Positions 49,658 through 63,904 of a stretch of 64,000 bases of DNA are shown here, piece by piece. The stretch covers positions 182,156,001 through 182,220,000 of the forward strand of contig OX597815.1 of NCBI GenBank assembly GCA_951406725.2, read 5' to 3'. Position 1 is the first letter of the stretch. Each line of letters begins with the position of its first letter. Below the pieces are notes generated by a model. The model was not told the origin of the DNA and did not search any database. It worked only from the letters and a program-made list of their open reading frames with translations. The stretch comes from Octopus vulgaris (taxonomy: Eukaryota). A program made the translations under genes and the position numbers.

Positions 49658-50404
49658 TTCTTCTTCTTCTTCTTCTTCTTCTTCTTCTTCTTCTTCTTCT
49701 TCTTCTTCTTCTTCTTCTTCTTCTTCTTCTCCTCCTCCTTCTACTTCTTCTCTTCTTCTTCTTCTTCTTCTTCTTCTTCTTCTTCTCCTCCTTCTTCCTC
49801 TTCTTCTTCTTCTTCTTCTCCTCCTTCTTCTTCTTCTTCTTCTTCTCCTCTCCTACTTCTCCTCCTCCTCCTTCTTCTTCTTCTTTTTCTTCTTCTTCTT
49901 CTCCTCTCCTACTTCTCCTCCTCCTCCTTCTTTTTCTTCTTCTTTTTCTTCTTCGTCTCCTCTCCTACTTCTTCTTCTTCTTCTTCTCCTTCTTCTTCTC
50001 CTCCTCCTTCTTCTTCTCCTCCTCCTTCTTCTTCTTCTTCTTCTTCTTTTTCTTCTCCTTCTTCTTCTCCTCCTCCTTCTTCTTCTCCTCCTCCTTCTTC
50101 TTCTTCTTCTTCTTCTTTTTCTTCTCCTTCTTCTTCTCCTCCTCCTTCTTCTTCTCCTCCTCCTTCTTCTTCTCCTCCTCCTTCTTCTTCTTCTTCTTCT
50201 TCTTTTTCTTCTCCTTCTTCTTCTCCTCCTCCTTCTTCTTCTCCTCCTCCTTCTTCTTCTTCTTCTTCTTCTTCTTTTTCTTCTTCTTCTTCTCCTCTCC
50301 TACTTCTTCTTCTTCCTCTTCTCCTTCTTCTTCTCCTCCTCCTTCTTCTTCTCCTCCTCCTTCTTCTTCTTCTTCTTCTTTTTCTTCTTCTTCTTCTCCT
50401 CTCC

Positions 50405-50436
<32 letters not shown>

Positions 50437-50458
50437 CTTCTTCTTCTTCTTCTTCTTC
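49658..50458. repeat. about 800-bp (TTC/CTC)n polypyrimidine tract
   Basis: Direct reading; explains the 297-aa F/S/P/L ORF. Confidence 0.95.
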
Positions 50459-51083
50459 TATGGCAATTGGACTAAAAGTACGAAGTGTCGCTTCAGATTA
50501 AATTTAAATGTAAGTAATACACAACGCAGTACAAAGTTTACTGCTTAAAAATTAGTTCAGTGGCTTATTTTATAGGAAAGCTCGATGATCGTGGTTCCTT
50601 AAACCTTTTGTGACTGGTGAAATCGATGTAGCCGATGGTTCCTTTCAAAAGCTCCATGTGAAGGGCACAGGAAAATCATGCGTAGATTGAGAATTGCAAT
50701 AGGTTTGCATATCGAGAAATGTCATGGTGAAATGATTGGTGCTGGTTTTGGGGTCTGGAGAAACGATATGGTTGACGAGAGAGAAACACAAATGACTCAA
50801 GATAGCCAAAGATGTGATTAAAAAAATACATCCATATCTGATGATTGGAAGCCATTGTGAAAACAGTAAAAAAGGAAACGGACAGAGAACATGATACGCT
50901 TGTGTGCCAAATGGTGGACACTGTCCAGAAGAACTGCATGTGTAACAGCAGCTTCATTCTTACATCATCATTTCGTTTAGTTCTTTCTTTAATACCCTGG
51001 AATTAAGTAGCATTGAAGAATTAATGTTTTGTAAATGGCTTTAGTCTTGAATACATGCAATTACTATGGCTGTCTTTTGTCAC

Positions 51084-51560
51084 TTTACGTTCAGGGCTTC
51101 GTCACTCCTGAAGGAGGAAACCCTCCCTGGACACCTTTCACCGCTATCTGTCTCTGGTCAGTCGTTGCCATCTAGGCTCCAGATAGCGGATGAGATCACC
51201 TTCCTACCTTGTCTTTGGTCGGCCTCTTCCTCTTGTCCATTGTCTTGGTGTCCATTCTGTCACCCTAATTGTCCATTTGTTGTCTTTCAGTCGCACGATG
51301 TGGCCAGCACATCTATATTTGTTCTCCTTGATGGTTCATATGATATCGCTGTCTCTCCTCCGTGTCCTGGCGTTGGCCTTCTTGTCCCACAATACAATGT
51401 CGTGTATAATTCGTTACATTTTCCTTTGCAATACGATGAGGGTGTTTATGATGGTAGTGTTTCGAGTTCATGTTTCACTGCCGTAACCCATCACTGGCAG
51501 GATGTACTCGTTGAAGAAGCCTTGACACTTTTCATGAAGGTATGCATCTTCCTAAGAGCC
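51084..51560 (-). mobile_element. RTE-clade LINE 3' fragment
   Basis: CAGHIVRLKDNKWTIRVTEWTPRQWTRGRGRPKTR matches the RTE ORF C-terminal WAGH..R..D.RW...W.P...R.RGRP motif. Confidence 0.8.
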
Positions 51561-51618
51561 GCCCAACCAACATATGTACATGCACACATATACATACATA
51601 CATACATACATACATACA

Positions 51619-51654
<36 letters not shown>

Positions 51655-51868
51655 TCGTTGTTATTATGTTAAACTGTGGTATTTCCAGCTGCTTCAGATG
51701 CCAAGATATTAAAAATTGTCAAAGTGTAGTACAACGGCTTTGTTATGGAATGGGGAAACCATTTTTACGTTTTCTGACATAAGGAACGTTTTGGACTTAA
51801 GACACATTTGCATAATAGCAACGATATATATATATATATATATATATCGTTGCTATTATGCAAATGTA

Positions 51869-51920
<52 letters not shown>

Positions 51921-51977
51921 AAGATATATACATATATTCACATACAAAAGTACATACAGACGCACACACACACACAT

Positions 51978-52011
<34 letters not shown>

Positions 52012-52666
52012 TTCTATATATATATATATATATATACTCATGTGGATATGTATGTTTGTACTTCAGTATCTATAAGCAGAGAAAAAGCATGCTTCCCTTA
52101 ACAACATATTGTAAACTTCTGTACATTATAAACAAATACTAAAGAATTTCTAAGCATCCACATATGCGCACACAATGAAAATTATGTTTATTCGAAGAAT
52201 ATATATATATACCTTTTCGAGCGGCCAAGTAAACGTATGAGCTCAAAAGAATGATTGGAAATATTCCAAGAAATTATGCCAAGCCTCTCAGTGCTAAGCT
52301 AATAAATCAAAGAAGTTCTTGATAATCATTAGCTCTGTGCTGCCTTGATAGAATTGTTTTTTGCAGAATAAAAGTATATAAATATTGATTGCATTTCATA
52401 GAGGCGCCTCCTTCCAATATCTGTTGAGGGCTGATTTGGGGAATGCATACGTTCTTGAAATTTTTTTTCAACTGAAAAAAAATCTATGAATTTGACTAAG
52501 AGCTAATTCAAAAGATATTCATAAAAAGATAGTCATATTGACAAAAAACTCTCAGCAACTTCCCTACATTTATCTGCATGAAGAATTTCCGAGATTAAGG
52601 AAGTAATCTTCACTCTCTAAAAAAAGGAATATGAACTAATAAAACAAAAAAAATAAATATATGTGA

Positions 52667-52700
<34 letters not shown>

Positions 52701-53727
52701 AGCAAAATAATAAATTCCATAAATAAGGTTTAACATTATATATATATATATACATAAAATTTTATTCCAAGGTCAAATATTTATGGCGAAGCCGCACTAT
52801 TTCTGTTTCACATTCTTCTGTTCCAAGAATAAACAAAATAATGTAAAAATGTTGTTGCTGTTGTTGTTGTTGCTGTTGCTTCTGCTGCATCTGTTACTGC
52901 TGCTGCTGCTGCTGCCGCTTAGTTCGTGTCAACCCTGATTGCTAATGTGTCCTTCATTTCATTTTTGAATAGAAGAGAGATATTTGGCTGCTATTTTAGC
53001 AAGTGAAACGAGAAGGAAATTCTGTTGTTGACTATGTCATGAGTCATAAACGAAAGCTTCACGTAATTACGATAATAATTACTCCCCACACTGCTCTGAT
53101 AATCATACCCTCCTCCTCCTCCTCACTATCATCATCATCATTGTCATTATGATCATCATCACCATAATTATCATCATCAACATTTTACATCTGTCCTCTA
53201 TGGGTCATGAAGTTTGACAGTTTCCAACGAGTCAGCGGACACCTCTTACTCCGATGCTTCTCTTTTCACATGGTGTTTACGGTTAGTTGCCCTCCCTAAC
53301 GTCAGCCACTTCACAGAGGGTACTGTCGATTTTTTTCTTGGTACCAGCTTTGGTGAGGTCACCTTGTAGCTTGGAAAACAAAAGAGGTCCCGCATCACGA
53401 GAGGAGATAAGGGGATGATTATTTAAGCGGGATGATGAGAAGCTAAAGTATGATAGGGAGAACACTTTTATTGTTGACAAAAGGCTTCTAGCGGAAAAGG
53501 AGCAATATAAAGGAAACAGAAATTGTTGTGTCTTATTAACCCGTAAGAATGAGTTTGAAAACGAAATGGAGAGCGGAGTAAGCCGAGGAAAAGACTTAGA
53601 GCTCGACTCGGTACAGATGGGTAGAAAGAGGTCAATGTCATGTTTGTAACTTCAAACAGAGAAATGAAAAATCACTACCCGCAAGATAGACATTGCAGCC
53701 TCTTATCCCCATAAGGAGTTACCAACG

Positions 53728-54135
53728 ATATGCGTCAATTTAAGTGAGAAATCAGAGTTCTCCTTCAAACGGGGACAACGTTTCAAAGTGAAAAGCAACT
53801 TCACATGTGCTTCAGAGAACCTGATATACTCACTAGCCTGCTCTGGGTGTCAAGAGTAATACATAGGCCAAACAAAAAATAGTCTACGTAAAAGAATGGC
53901 TCTGCACAGATCCCAGATCATAATTCCCCAAAACAGAAAAATAGCATTCAGCCAACACATTGACATTTGCGCCAATAACAAAAATCCAAGCTTCAGAATG
54001 TTTCCTCTCTACCAATTCATAGACGATACAACCTGCAGCCAACGAATTAGTAAAGATACTTTCTTTATTACAAAATACAGACCACTTTTGAACGCATCTA
54101 CAACAAACGACATATCCACCACGGCCTTAGAATAA
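53728..54135 (+). pseudogene. Penelope-like element GIY-YIG endonuclease remnant
   Basis: NFTCASENLIYSLACSGCQE*YIGQTKNSLRKRMALHRSQI...FSQHIDIC...KYRPLLN: LIY-CxxC-YIG-T..L..R...H pattern with one in-frame stop. Confidence 0.88.
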
Positions 54136-54845
54136 TACAAACAAACACGCAAATATTAAAAATGATACACTCAAGAGATGCGCAAGAATTCATTAAACAA
54201 CAGTCGCAATCACTGCTATAATCCATAACGAGCTACTTTTAGGTCACTTGACCATCTAACACCCTACTACTATCATACTACCTACATTCCTTCTTATTCA
54301 CCCTTCTATTTCTCCTTCTTCTTCTTCGTCTTCTTCTTTTCTGCCACCCCCTTCCTAACTTTACCACTATTGCTGTTTAGAATAAAACCTACGCAAATAT
54401 TATATACAATAAAGTCAAAAGAGATGTCTCAAGAATTCAATCCCTACTACCATCCACAACGAATCACATTAAGGGTACTTGACTATTTAACATTCTACTA
54501 CTATCATGGTTTTCTTCTTCTTCTTCTTCTTCTTCTTCTTCTTCTTCTTCTTCTTCTTCCCTACCAAGAATTCACAATGACCTCGAACCCCCAAGAGTAA
54601 ACAAGAGAGATAGAGACAGGCAGAAACAAGGAAAATACCCCTTGTATTTGAACACTATACAAATATTCTTTTAAAAAACTTTTCCTTTAACTTTTCCAAA
54701 ATGTTATTGTTTTCCATACTTACAGTTGAAAAAGTCTCAATGACTGAAACCGGTACCGAAATGTTTTTTATAAAATTATTTTAGCATTTTCTACCTTGAC
54801 TTTTTTTCCATATATATCAACTCGTTGGTTCCTTTTCAAACTTCT
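54136..54845 (+). mobile_element. Penelope 3' non-coding region (pLTR)
   Basis: Follows the GIY-YIG frame, contains a hammerhead motif, its 3' part matches the 18416-18895 arms, and it ends at (TACA)n. Confidence 0.7.
54723..54758 (+). ncRNA. hammerhead motif, U3-A8 core variant
   Basis: CAG-TTGAAAA-AGTC-TCAAT-GACT-GAAA-CCGG-TA-CCG (one stem I mismatch). Confidence 0.65.
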
Positions 54846-54884
54846 ACATACATACATACATACATACATACATACATACATACA

Positions 54885-54918
<34 letters not shown>

Positions 54919-55445
54919 AACAAATATACACACTTATAAATATATATATATGTATATACATATACATATAAATATGTATATATATTTATATATATATGTA
55001 TATATATATAAATATATATACATATTTATATGTATATGTATATACATATATATATGTATGTGCATGTATGTATATATATATGTATATATGTATATATGTA
55101 TGTATATATATATATGTATGCATGTATACATATATATATATATATGTATACATATATGTATTCATGTATATATATGTATGTATATTTATAAACGTATGCA
55201 TGTATATATTTGTATGTATGTATATATTATATATACCATATAATATGTATATTTATATATATATGTATATTAAATATACCATATAATATATATACTTTAT
55301 AATATATATATATATATTTACACACACACATATATATATACACGTATACACACACACATATATATATACACGTATACACACACACATATATATATACACG
55401 TATACACACACACACATATGTATGCATTTCTGCACATATATATTG
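54846..55445. repeat. compound (TACA)n/(TA)n/(TG)n microsatellite field
   Basis: Direct reading. Confidence 0.9.
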
Positions 55446-55823
55446 CATTATTTTATATTAGGAATACAATATTTATTATTTCCATGGCATATACTCAGTT
55501 TTTATCTACAGAAATTTGGTAAGTGCCAGCCTTGAGCATAATATAAAATTTACGTTGGTAAATGTTCAAATATCGCAGTTATAATCTAGAGAATACTTTC
55601 GTACACTACTTTTCAAAACAAAAGCTGATTATTTTAATTCGGCATTAGGAAAGATCAGACTCGCCATCGGTACATAACTGTTAGTTGTTTTATCGAACTT
55701 TGGGATCAGAGAAGTAAATGGGGACCGAAAGACTTTTGAGCTAAAGGTGTCAAGCAGTGAAATTAGTCATTACAAAGCATAGAAGTAAACATTTCACAAA
55801 TGCTGAAAGAAAATGGACTATAT

Positions 55824-56054
55824 ATTTCTTTACTGCCCATAAGGGGCTAAATACAGAGGGGACAAACAAAGGCAGACAAAGGAATTAAGTCGATTACATC
55901 GACCCCAGTGTGTAACTGGTACTTAATTTATCGACCCCGAAAGGATGAAACGCAAAGTCGACCTCGGCAGAATTTGAAGTCGGAACGTAACGACAGACGA
56001 AATACTGCTACGCATTTCGCCCGGCGTGCTAACGATTCTGCCAGCTCGCCGCCT
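55824..56054 (-). mobile_element. SINE family A monomer
   Basis: 15-bp TSD AGAAAATGGACTATA. Confidence 0.9.
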
Positions 56055-56837
56055 TCAGAAAATGGACTATAATGAATACGAATGTAATAGCTTCGTTGAA
56101 TTTAAACATCTTCATCATAATTATTGCTGTCATAAAATAAAATAATCTTCAGAAATATTTCACCTCCAGAGACTGAAATAGTGCAACCCACCCACCTATG
56201 CATCTGGGTAAAATTGATGCTAAAATGGTGTAGCTGAAGTTTAAGTTAATGGAATAGAGGCTGATTGTCAAACTGCTTTCCGGAGAAAGCATTTTATTTT
56301 TCCAGTTACGTAACTGACAGTAATAGTTTTGAAATGACATGTTAATATTCAAGAATTAGTAAATTTTAGTAAAATATTTTTATACTCTTTTAGTGAACCT
56401 CTTTTTCATTTCAATAATTTTACTTATTTTTTTATTTCCGTTTTTTTACGGTTTATAATACTCCTGTTGTAAGATCTAAATAATTGCATTTTTTTCTATG
56501 ATTAAGCAATTGTAGCTATTTTACGCTTTTGGAATTCCCTGTTAGATGTGGCAAATTTAATTTATTTTTACCATATTATTTTTACCGAAGTGGTTCAAAA
56601 ACTTCTGAGAAATGAAATAACGCTTCACGGTATTCAACATTTAAATAATTTAGCAGAATATTGCTTCCATCATCAATTTTTGACATAAAATTCCATAAGA
56701 GATATTTTAATGAATTTTCATAATAAACATAATTATAATTATAATCATGATATGAAATAATGTACATTAATTTATTATAATTTGAATTAGTTTTCTTAAA
56801 ATACCCCGTTGATGCTAGTAAATGTTGAAATTTCACA

Positions 56838-57178
56838 GCAAGCTGGTAGAATCGTTAGCATCTGGGCGAAATTCCTAACGGTATTTCATACGTTCTTTCG
56901 TCTGCCGCTACGTTCTGAGTTCAAATTCCACCGAGGTCGACTTTGCCTTTCATCCTTCCGGAGTCGATTAAATAAGTACCAGTTACGCACTGGGGTCGAT
57001 ATAATCGACTTAATCCGTTTGTCTGTCCTTGTTTGTTCTCTCTGTGTTTAGCCCCTTGTGGGTAGTAAAGAAATAGGTATCTCATACGTTCTGAGCTCGA
57101 ATTCCACCGAAGGCGACTTTGCCTTTTATCCTTTCGGGATCTGTAAAATGAGTACCAGTTCTGCACTGGGGATCGATG
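56838..57178 (+). mobile_element. SINE family A dimer or nested copy
   Basis: Young body flanked by GGTAT(T/C)TCATACGTTCT repeats inside an older copy. Confidence 0.7.
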
Positions 57179-58438
57179 TATTCGGCTTCACTATTCCTGG
57201 ATAAGAGTACAACAACTGCTCCATGTCAACCCAATGTGGTAGGCTGGGATTATCAAATCAATAAGATCTCATGTCCAAATTCACACCAGACTGTGGTTGA
57301 TGGAGAGAAAATACCGAGGCCTTCGCCCTGCAGTAGACTTAACTTAGGCAATCCAGTCCAATCCAGTTCAATCCAACCCTCACATGAAAAAATGTAGCAC
57401 AATATAAGAATCGTTCCTCTGCCGTTTTTCTGCTCTGTTTCTCTCTCCAAATTATTACTCACAATGCTTTGATCCACCTCAAAGTATAACACAATCTGAC
57501 ATAATTTGGGATTGAACCGAAAACCACAAATTCGTGATACAAACTTCTTATCCACATGTGTTTTAGCGTGATATGCATATTTTAATATATCTGTGTGTCC
57601 TTCATTATCTATTGTAATCTATTCATATCTCTCTCTCAGTTATTGATTTTTATTCTTGCTTTATTGTATCCGTTTCTACCACAATCTTGTTAATTCTATT
57701 TTGAAGTTAAAATTATATCTCACCTGATAACTTACGTAATACTATTACGTGCATTCTTGTCCTTAATCCTGTTTAACATTCTTAAGAAAATATCGTAAAC
57801 TCTTAGATTTAGAGTATTATAAACACACGCACATACACACATACACACTCATATAGATGCATACAGACACACACACGTAAAAATACATTCGTAATACATA
57901 CACGCGCAAACATATACATACATATATAAGTGCATATATGTATGTCTGTAATCTATGTATGTAATCTATATATGTAAATATAATTGTTGATTCTATTTTC
58001 TTTTTCTTTTCACATATATTCCGTAATCTTCACATACTTCCCAGCTTCCATATTCCAATGGTAATATATAATAAGCTGTTATGCTAATGTTATTTTTATT
58101 GGAATTTTCCTTTATTTGATGTCAAGTAATATTTGATCTACATCTAACATTTTCCTCACCGGGATCAATGTTAGTTCAACCGTTCTGAACAATAGCTAAC
58201 CTGATTTTAGCTTCATCCCACAACTACGAAATCCATTCTAATACGATTTCTATGTGATAATAAAGAATCCTCTATCTAAGGGAATTAAGATGAAAAGTCT
58301 ATCATCTCAACTTGTTAAAGATGCTTTAAACTGTTTAACTCGCTCTCTTATATTTATATTCTATGAATTTAATAAGATTTTGTATTTTTGCTGTAGCTTA
58401 TATTTCATTTGTTCAAGCCTTGCTTTTATACACTTGTA

Positions 58439-58494
<56 letters not shown>

Positions 58495-58495
58495 T

Positions 58496-58533
<38 letters not shown>

Positions 58534-59699
58534 CATTATATTTTCCCTGGTAGAAAGTATTATGTTGGATTCATCTTTTCCTTCACGCTGTATATTTTCC
58601 CTTACGGCTGCACACTCAGCGATTTATTAATAAGGGATAATGATGTAATTAGAAAGATGGGCTTCGCTAAAAGATATCTTATAATAAAATTTTACATAAT
58701 GATCTCTGATCTTCTGATTGGTAACGGACTAGACAGTCAGGCATTGGTTTCCCCCTCTGGAAGCAAGTTTCTTCCAAGTTTTATCATCTAGTCGTAGATT
58801 AACTTAATCAAACAGGCTAATGATTAAAGGCAAGCCATTAGTGATTTCAGATTTAGTGGATCAAGGGCCTCGTTGTCCAATCTCCTTGTTATAGTGGAAT
58901 ATGGTTAGGTGTGATTTGAGAGTGAATTGGTTGCTACTTAACTGACCGTATAGAGGATCTCTCATTGTCGTGTTATCTTTCTCATAACAAGGAATAAATT
59001 TCTCGTTATATAACATTGGGGAACATGGCTTTTGATGTCTGATTTTGGGGACATCTTTCCCAGTAATATTGATTTCAAAAATGAAATCCATTTTTCACAA
59101 AGTCGAATGTTCAGTTTTCAACGTTTTCGGCATTTTCACCATTTTAAAGGATAGATTTGGTTTCCTCAAATGCAGACGAAAGCATGGAGCTTTACATAAG
59201 CTTGAAAACACAGATTTTCAATATCATTTAAAGTAAATGCGACGACAAAAGTGAAAACGAATATCATCTTCAGTAAACAAAAAGCATCAAACTTGAGCCA
59301 TTTCCACCCTTTTCAATCTGATCAGTTTTCAATGTCATGATGAAGACAGAAAGTTTCTTTACACAATTATGTGTTAATAAACAACACGTTTCTGTGTCTC
59401 ATAGTTTGGGGATTTTTCTGCAGATATGCTCACATTGTGAGACACGTTTTGTTGGACCTTTAAATATTTCTTCGCAAATTATTATTTTGAATGTGCCCTT
59501 AATGTTTTCATTGTGGGTCACATGGGTTAAGGTCACTTTTTGTCAAACATAGTCAAAGAATTTTAGTAAAGACTTCATGACATGTATACTTTTTATGGAA
59601 CTTTGCCATTTCAAGTCTGCATTTGCTTACTTTATAACTTGACAATTCTGAAAAGGCTTTTCCCAGGTGACAACTAACTTGAATGTGTTTTGTATTTGA

Positions 59700-60396
59700 G
59701 AAATATGGCCAGTTGTGACAGAACAAAAAGCAAAATCAGCCTCAATGTTTTCTTCTATATTTGTGAGATTTTAGCTTGGCAGCGAAACAAAATCACAGAT
59801 TTTGTGAAGAAAGCTTACCTCACTCACTTTGGCATGAAACTGGATTATCAAGACAAACCCTGGATACCCCATAGAGTGTGTAAAACGTGTATTGAAACAC
59901 AGACAGCGATTGCTTCAAATACTTGAGCAGATTGTTTCCAGCTTCGTATTTTGAGAAAATTAAAGCTTGTGTATTTGACAGGCCATGTATTAGGTGACTA
60001 TTGCAGGACGAGCAGTTTTTGAAGACAGTGTCTGGAGAGGAAAAGGAAGCATGGAAAGCTTTTGCTGCAATTGTGTTTGATTTCCTGGGAAATGAAAAGT
60101 CATCAAATTATAAAGAACTTTTGCAGACCTTGTTAACCAATTTCCGAACATTGGACTGCAACATGAATGTAAAAGTGCATTTTCTACACAGTCGTCTGGA
60201 CGTCTTCCCAGAAAATCATAGAGCAATAAATAATGTGCAACAAGAAAAATTCTACCAAGACATCGACACCATCGAGGTTAGGTTTCAAGGCAAGTGGAAT
60301 ACAAACAAGATGGCTAGCTTCTACTGTTTTCTGCAAAGAGACTCTCGTAATGCAAATTATTCATGCAGACCAGCAAAGAGAAAGTTCACTCCCTGA
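59700..60396 (+). pseudogene. internally deleted Chapaev3-like (CMC) transposase
   Basis: AYLTHFGMKLDYQDKPWIPHRVCKTC joined to EKIKACVFDRPCIR*...FLGNEKSSNYKEL...CNMNVKVHFLHSRLDVFPEN...EKFYQDI..IEVRFQGKW. Confidence 0.75.
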
Positions 60397-63107
60397 GTAA
60401 CTGAAACCTCAATTTGACCGAAATATATATTCTAAGATGTGTAATTAAATATATTGTGTAATGTATTTGTTAAACAATAAAATGTACCATTTGGTTTTCT
60501 GAGTTTCTTAATTGAGTATTGTTCAAATTTGTTTCCCTGTGTAGCCTTTAAAACCTAGAGACGTGTGATTTCTAGATGTATTTAGTCAATTTATTTGTCA
60601 TTTTGAAATCTTGTTGATCAAGTCTCACTGGGAAAGAAGGGTCTAAAGGTATTTTTCAGCCCCAGGAAATGAGAAATAGACAAAAACATTTAACATTTTA
60701 GCAAATTGTTTAGATTGGCTGCTCCATAAATAACAACTGGATGCGTAACGTAGATATATGTGGAAAAGGTTTATGGTCAAGAAGTTCAGTAGGGAAAGAA
60801 GAATTATAAGAAGGGTAAGGAAAAACAGAAGTTGCTATCTTAAATGTTAAATTAATAATGAAAAATATTAGTGTAACCCTGCAACGCTGTTCAAATCACT
60901 GCAATTCTCTTTTGGGAGTTCTGATCAAGATAACACAGAAAATAATTGCACAGATTATTTTAAACTAACAAACATCAACATCATATCATTTAACTGAAAT
61001 TAGCATCAATCTCGGCACTAAGGACTTCTCAAGTGTAAACCCATCTGTGCCTGAATTCAGAAACCTCTAGACGCACTGCTGACTGTCACATTTAAATCTA
61101 AGTAGCTTGAGATCATCTAGTTATCGTTAATAATATTGTTTGAAAGAACATAAAAATAATGACAGGTGAGCTGGTGGGAAAACTGCTAACATCTGAGACT
61201 ATTTTTATTGAAACAGAGAAGATCTACCACAAACCAGAACATGCAAAGTAACCCTCTCGGTTACAATACGCAACACCAAGATATTTTAAAAAGAGAGAAA
61301 AATGCTGGTATCACAGTCTCAAAGTAAATACGATCACTTATCTATTACAGTGACACAGAAGAAACAACTGAAAAGAAGGTAGATCGATAGATACACATAA
61401 GAATATTAGTAGTGAGTGGAATAGAGAAAGAAAATTCAATTATATGAATGAGGGAACATACATATGTGATATCATATTTTCCTTTGATGTTATATCTCTT
61501 ACATATTGTTTTGCGACAAAGATATCTTAGCAAGGATACAATATATTTAATAACCTAAGAAGCTTAGACAATATTATAAAAAACAAGACAATTCGAGAGG
61601 AATCCCAAGAACATTCTATAGAAAATGAAATTAATCAGGTACAGTTAAAAATCTCACTATATCAAAAATAGAAACAGAGGGATATTGAGAAACTTTGAGA
61701 AATCTGTCCGCAAATCCAACCGAACCGCAGAGATCACCAAGAAAACTCATCCTGTATTAAAATTATATTCAAAATAGTTTTAAAATAAGCATCGTTTTAG
61801 ATATACAAGAGATTGTAAACTAGGGCCACACCTAGAATACACGTGTAAATTCGCTGAAGTACTTGTAAATATTTGAAGGTTATATTACACAGCCTGTACA
61901 AATGAGGGGAAAAGAATTCCAAGGGCAAAATTATATTTGTATTAAGAATATTACTCAATGGAAAACAAAAGAAGAAACAAATTACAATGAACATCCTGTG
62001 TTAACTAGCAATTGCTTTATATTTTTCCTCAGTATCTGTCTGCAGCAATTGTTTGCTAGCTTACCAACAAGCTATTTGCAATTTCGCTACGAATTTTTCA
62101 CTTAAACGTGTATACATATCTAAAGTTATTCTAAGAGTAATACATAAAAAAAATAAAACGGACTCGATGATCCCACAGGAGGAATATCTCTCCATTTCAT
62201 AATGCGCATGCTCAACAAGGCACACATAAGATGCTATATACTTTCAATTCTTGTTCCTCCACGATTTATTTACTAACTTCACTATTACTGAAAATTGAGT
62301 TTAGAAATAATAATTTGATCGACTGAACCCTACCTCCAGATGTGTAGCTGTTGCCTCTGGCAAATATAGTCTCATGTCAATATTTTCGCATCCGCAGGAA
62401 AGATCATATAGCCTAAAGTTTTATTAGTTAAATTAATTTTTGAAGTTGTCCGACATAATTCGGTATTTTGCTGTTTTGTTTTCGAAAAGAGGTAATCAAA
62501 AGTGAAAACATGAAAGCATTATGGTATTTCCCGGGGAAAAAAAAATCAGTATACGTGTGTATGTATGATGTGTGTGTGCATGTATATGTTTGTATATGTA
62601 CGTGTTTATGTATGTTTGTATGTATATAGTTCTGCATCCTTGTCCGCCTAAACAAGCAGACGTAATTTTACAGACAAGTCAATTTTAATATATTGATTTG
62701 AGTAGTTTTACTTTAGAATATTAAATCTATACAACGTCACAGTTGAAAGTTGGGCAGGAGGTGCGCTAAGAGTTATTTATGATCGAAGTGTCAGTAACCC
62801 TGTCAGGACTGTTGGATGCATTGTTGATAAGAAAAGATAGCATAAGATTGAGACGAACAAACGCGTTTCGCCGGGGGCAAAATTAAACTGAAAGGAAAAC
62901 TAACCGCAACATCGAAATGGAAATATCAAAGTCAAAGAGGACAACCGCGATGTGTTAACACGACTTGATAGAAATTGTAAACACAAGTTTCTGAAATTAT
63001 GTAATAGTCAACAAATGAAATAGTAAGATGCGTTTCATTTTACATCTGGGCGCTTGATGCGTGCGCAGTTTCAGAAGACGTGATACGGTGTTCGCTCTGA
63101 ACTGATA

Positions 63108-63404
63108 TCTTTATATATAAAAGTGAAGTTGTGTGTCTGTCTCCTACGATTTAGATTCCTAACTACTCCCACATTTTGCGGTGCAGTCTAACCAAAACCG
63201 GATATCTTATAGTCGTGATTCATATCGAGCCCTTCTGGGTATTAGCGCGCGTATACGATGAGTCTACGATTTAAAAAAAAACTTACCATCATTTGTTTTC
63301 CATTTTTAATGCATTTTTTTGCTATTTTTTGGCTATAACTCTCTAAAAATGCTTATATAGTTATTTCCCTTACAAACCCGAGCAACGCCGGGCGATACTG
63401 CTAG
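63108..63404 (+). mobile_element. non-autonomous Helitron
   Basis: A|TCTTTATATATAAAAG ... CCCGAGCAACGCCGGGCGATACTGCTAG|T. Confidence 0.8.
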
Positions 63405-63461
63405 TCAATGATAAACGTATTAACGGAAAATAATGGAATACACTTTTTTCGCACACTTAGA

Positions 63462-63462
<1 letters not shown>

Positions 63463-63533
<71 letters not shown>
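63463..63533. repeat. (TAG)n microsatellite
   Basis: Direct reading. Confidence 0.95.
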
Positions 63534-63904
63534 CGTATTTTTATTGCTATTGTTCATCAGCCATGCTAAAAGTGTTTTGGATCCTCCGTAAGTTTGTGTC
63601 TTATTTTCCTTCTTAGAAGGTGATATTTGCTGACTTCGTTGTCTTATTTTCTTATTGATTAGACTGGTAATGTATCTGGTCGTCCCTTTTTGTTACCCCC
63701 CCCCCCCCCACCCATGGGGCAGAAACTCCGAACGAAAGAACTTTCTTTTAAAGCAAAACAAAAACATTTGAGACAGCTTATGGTCTTGCCAGTTTTGTCG
63801 CTGAAAAATAATGTTTTTTCCGGTCTGTCAGCGAGACAAAAATGTAGGAGGTAAATTGAAGTTGAAACTAGCTTTCACACTCAACATCTACAGGCTAACA
63901 ATAT

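Noticed and set aside
49655-50548. 297-aa Ser/Pro/Phe/Leu ORF
   Set aside because: Stop-free only because the tract lacks purines
51066-51782. 238-aa plus-strand ORF
   Set aside because: Antisense to an RTE fragment and runs into a (TACA)n microsatellite
62850-62880. Minus-strand GAAACGCGTT resembling a hammerhead 3' half
   Set aside because: No CUGANGA-like core or stem I found upstream
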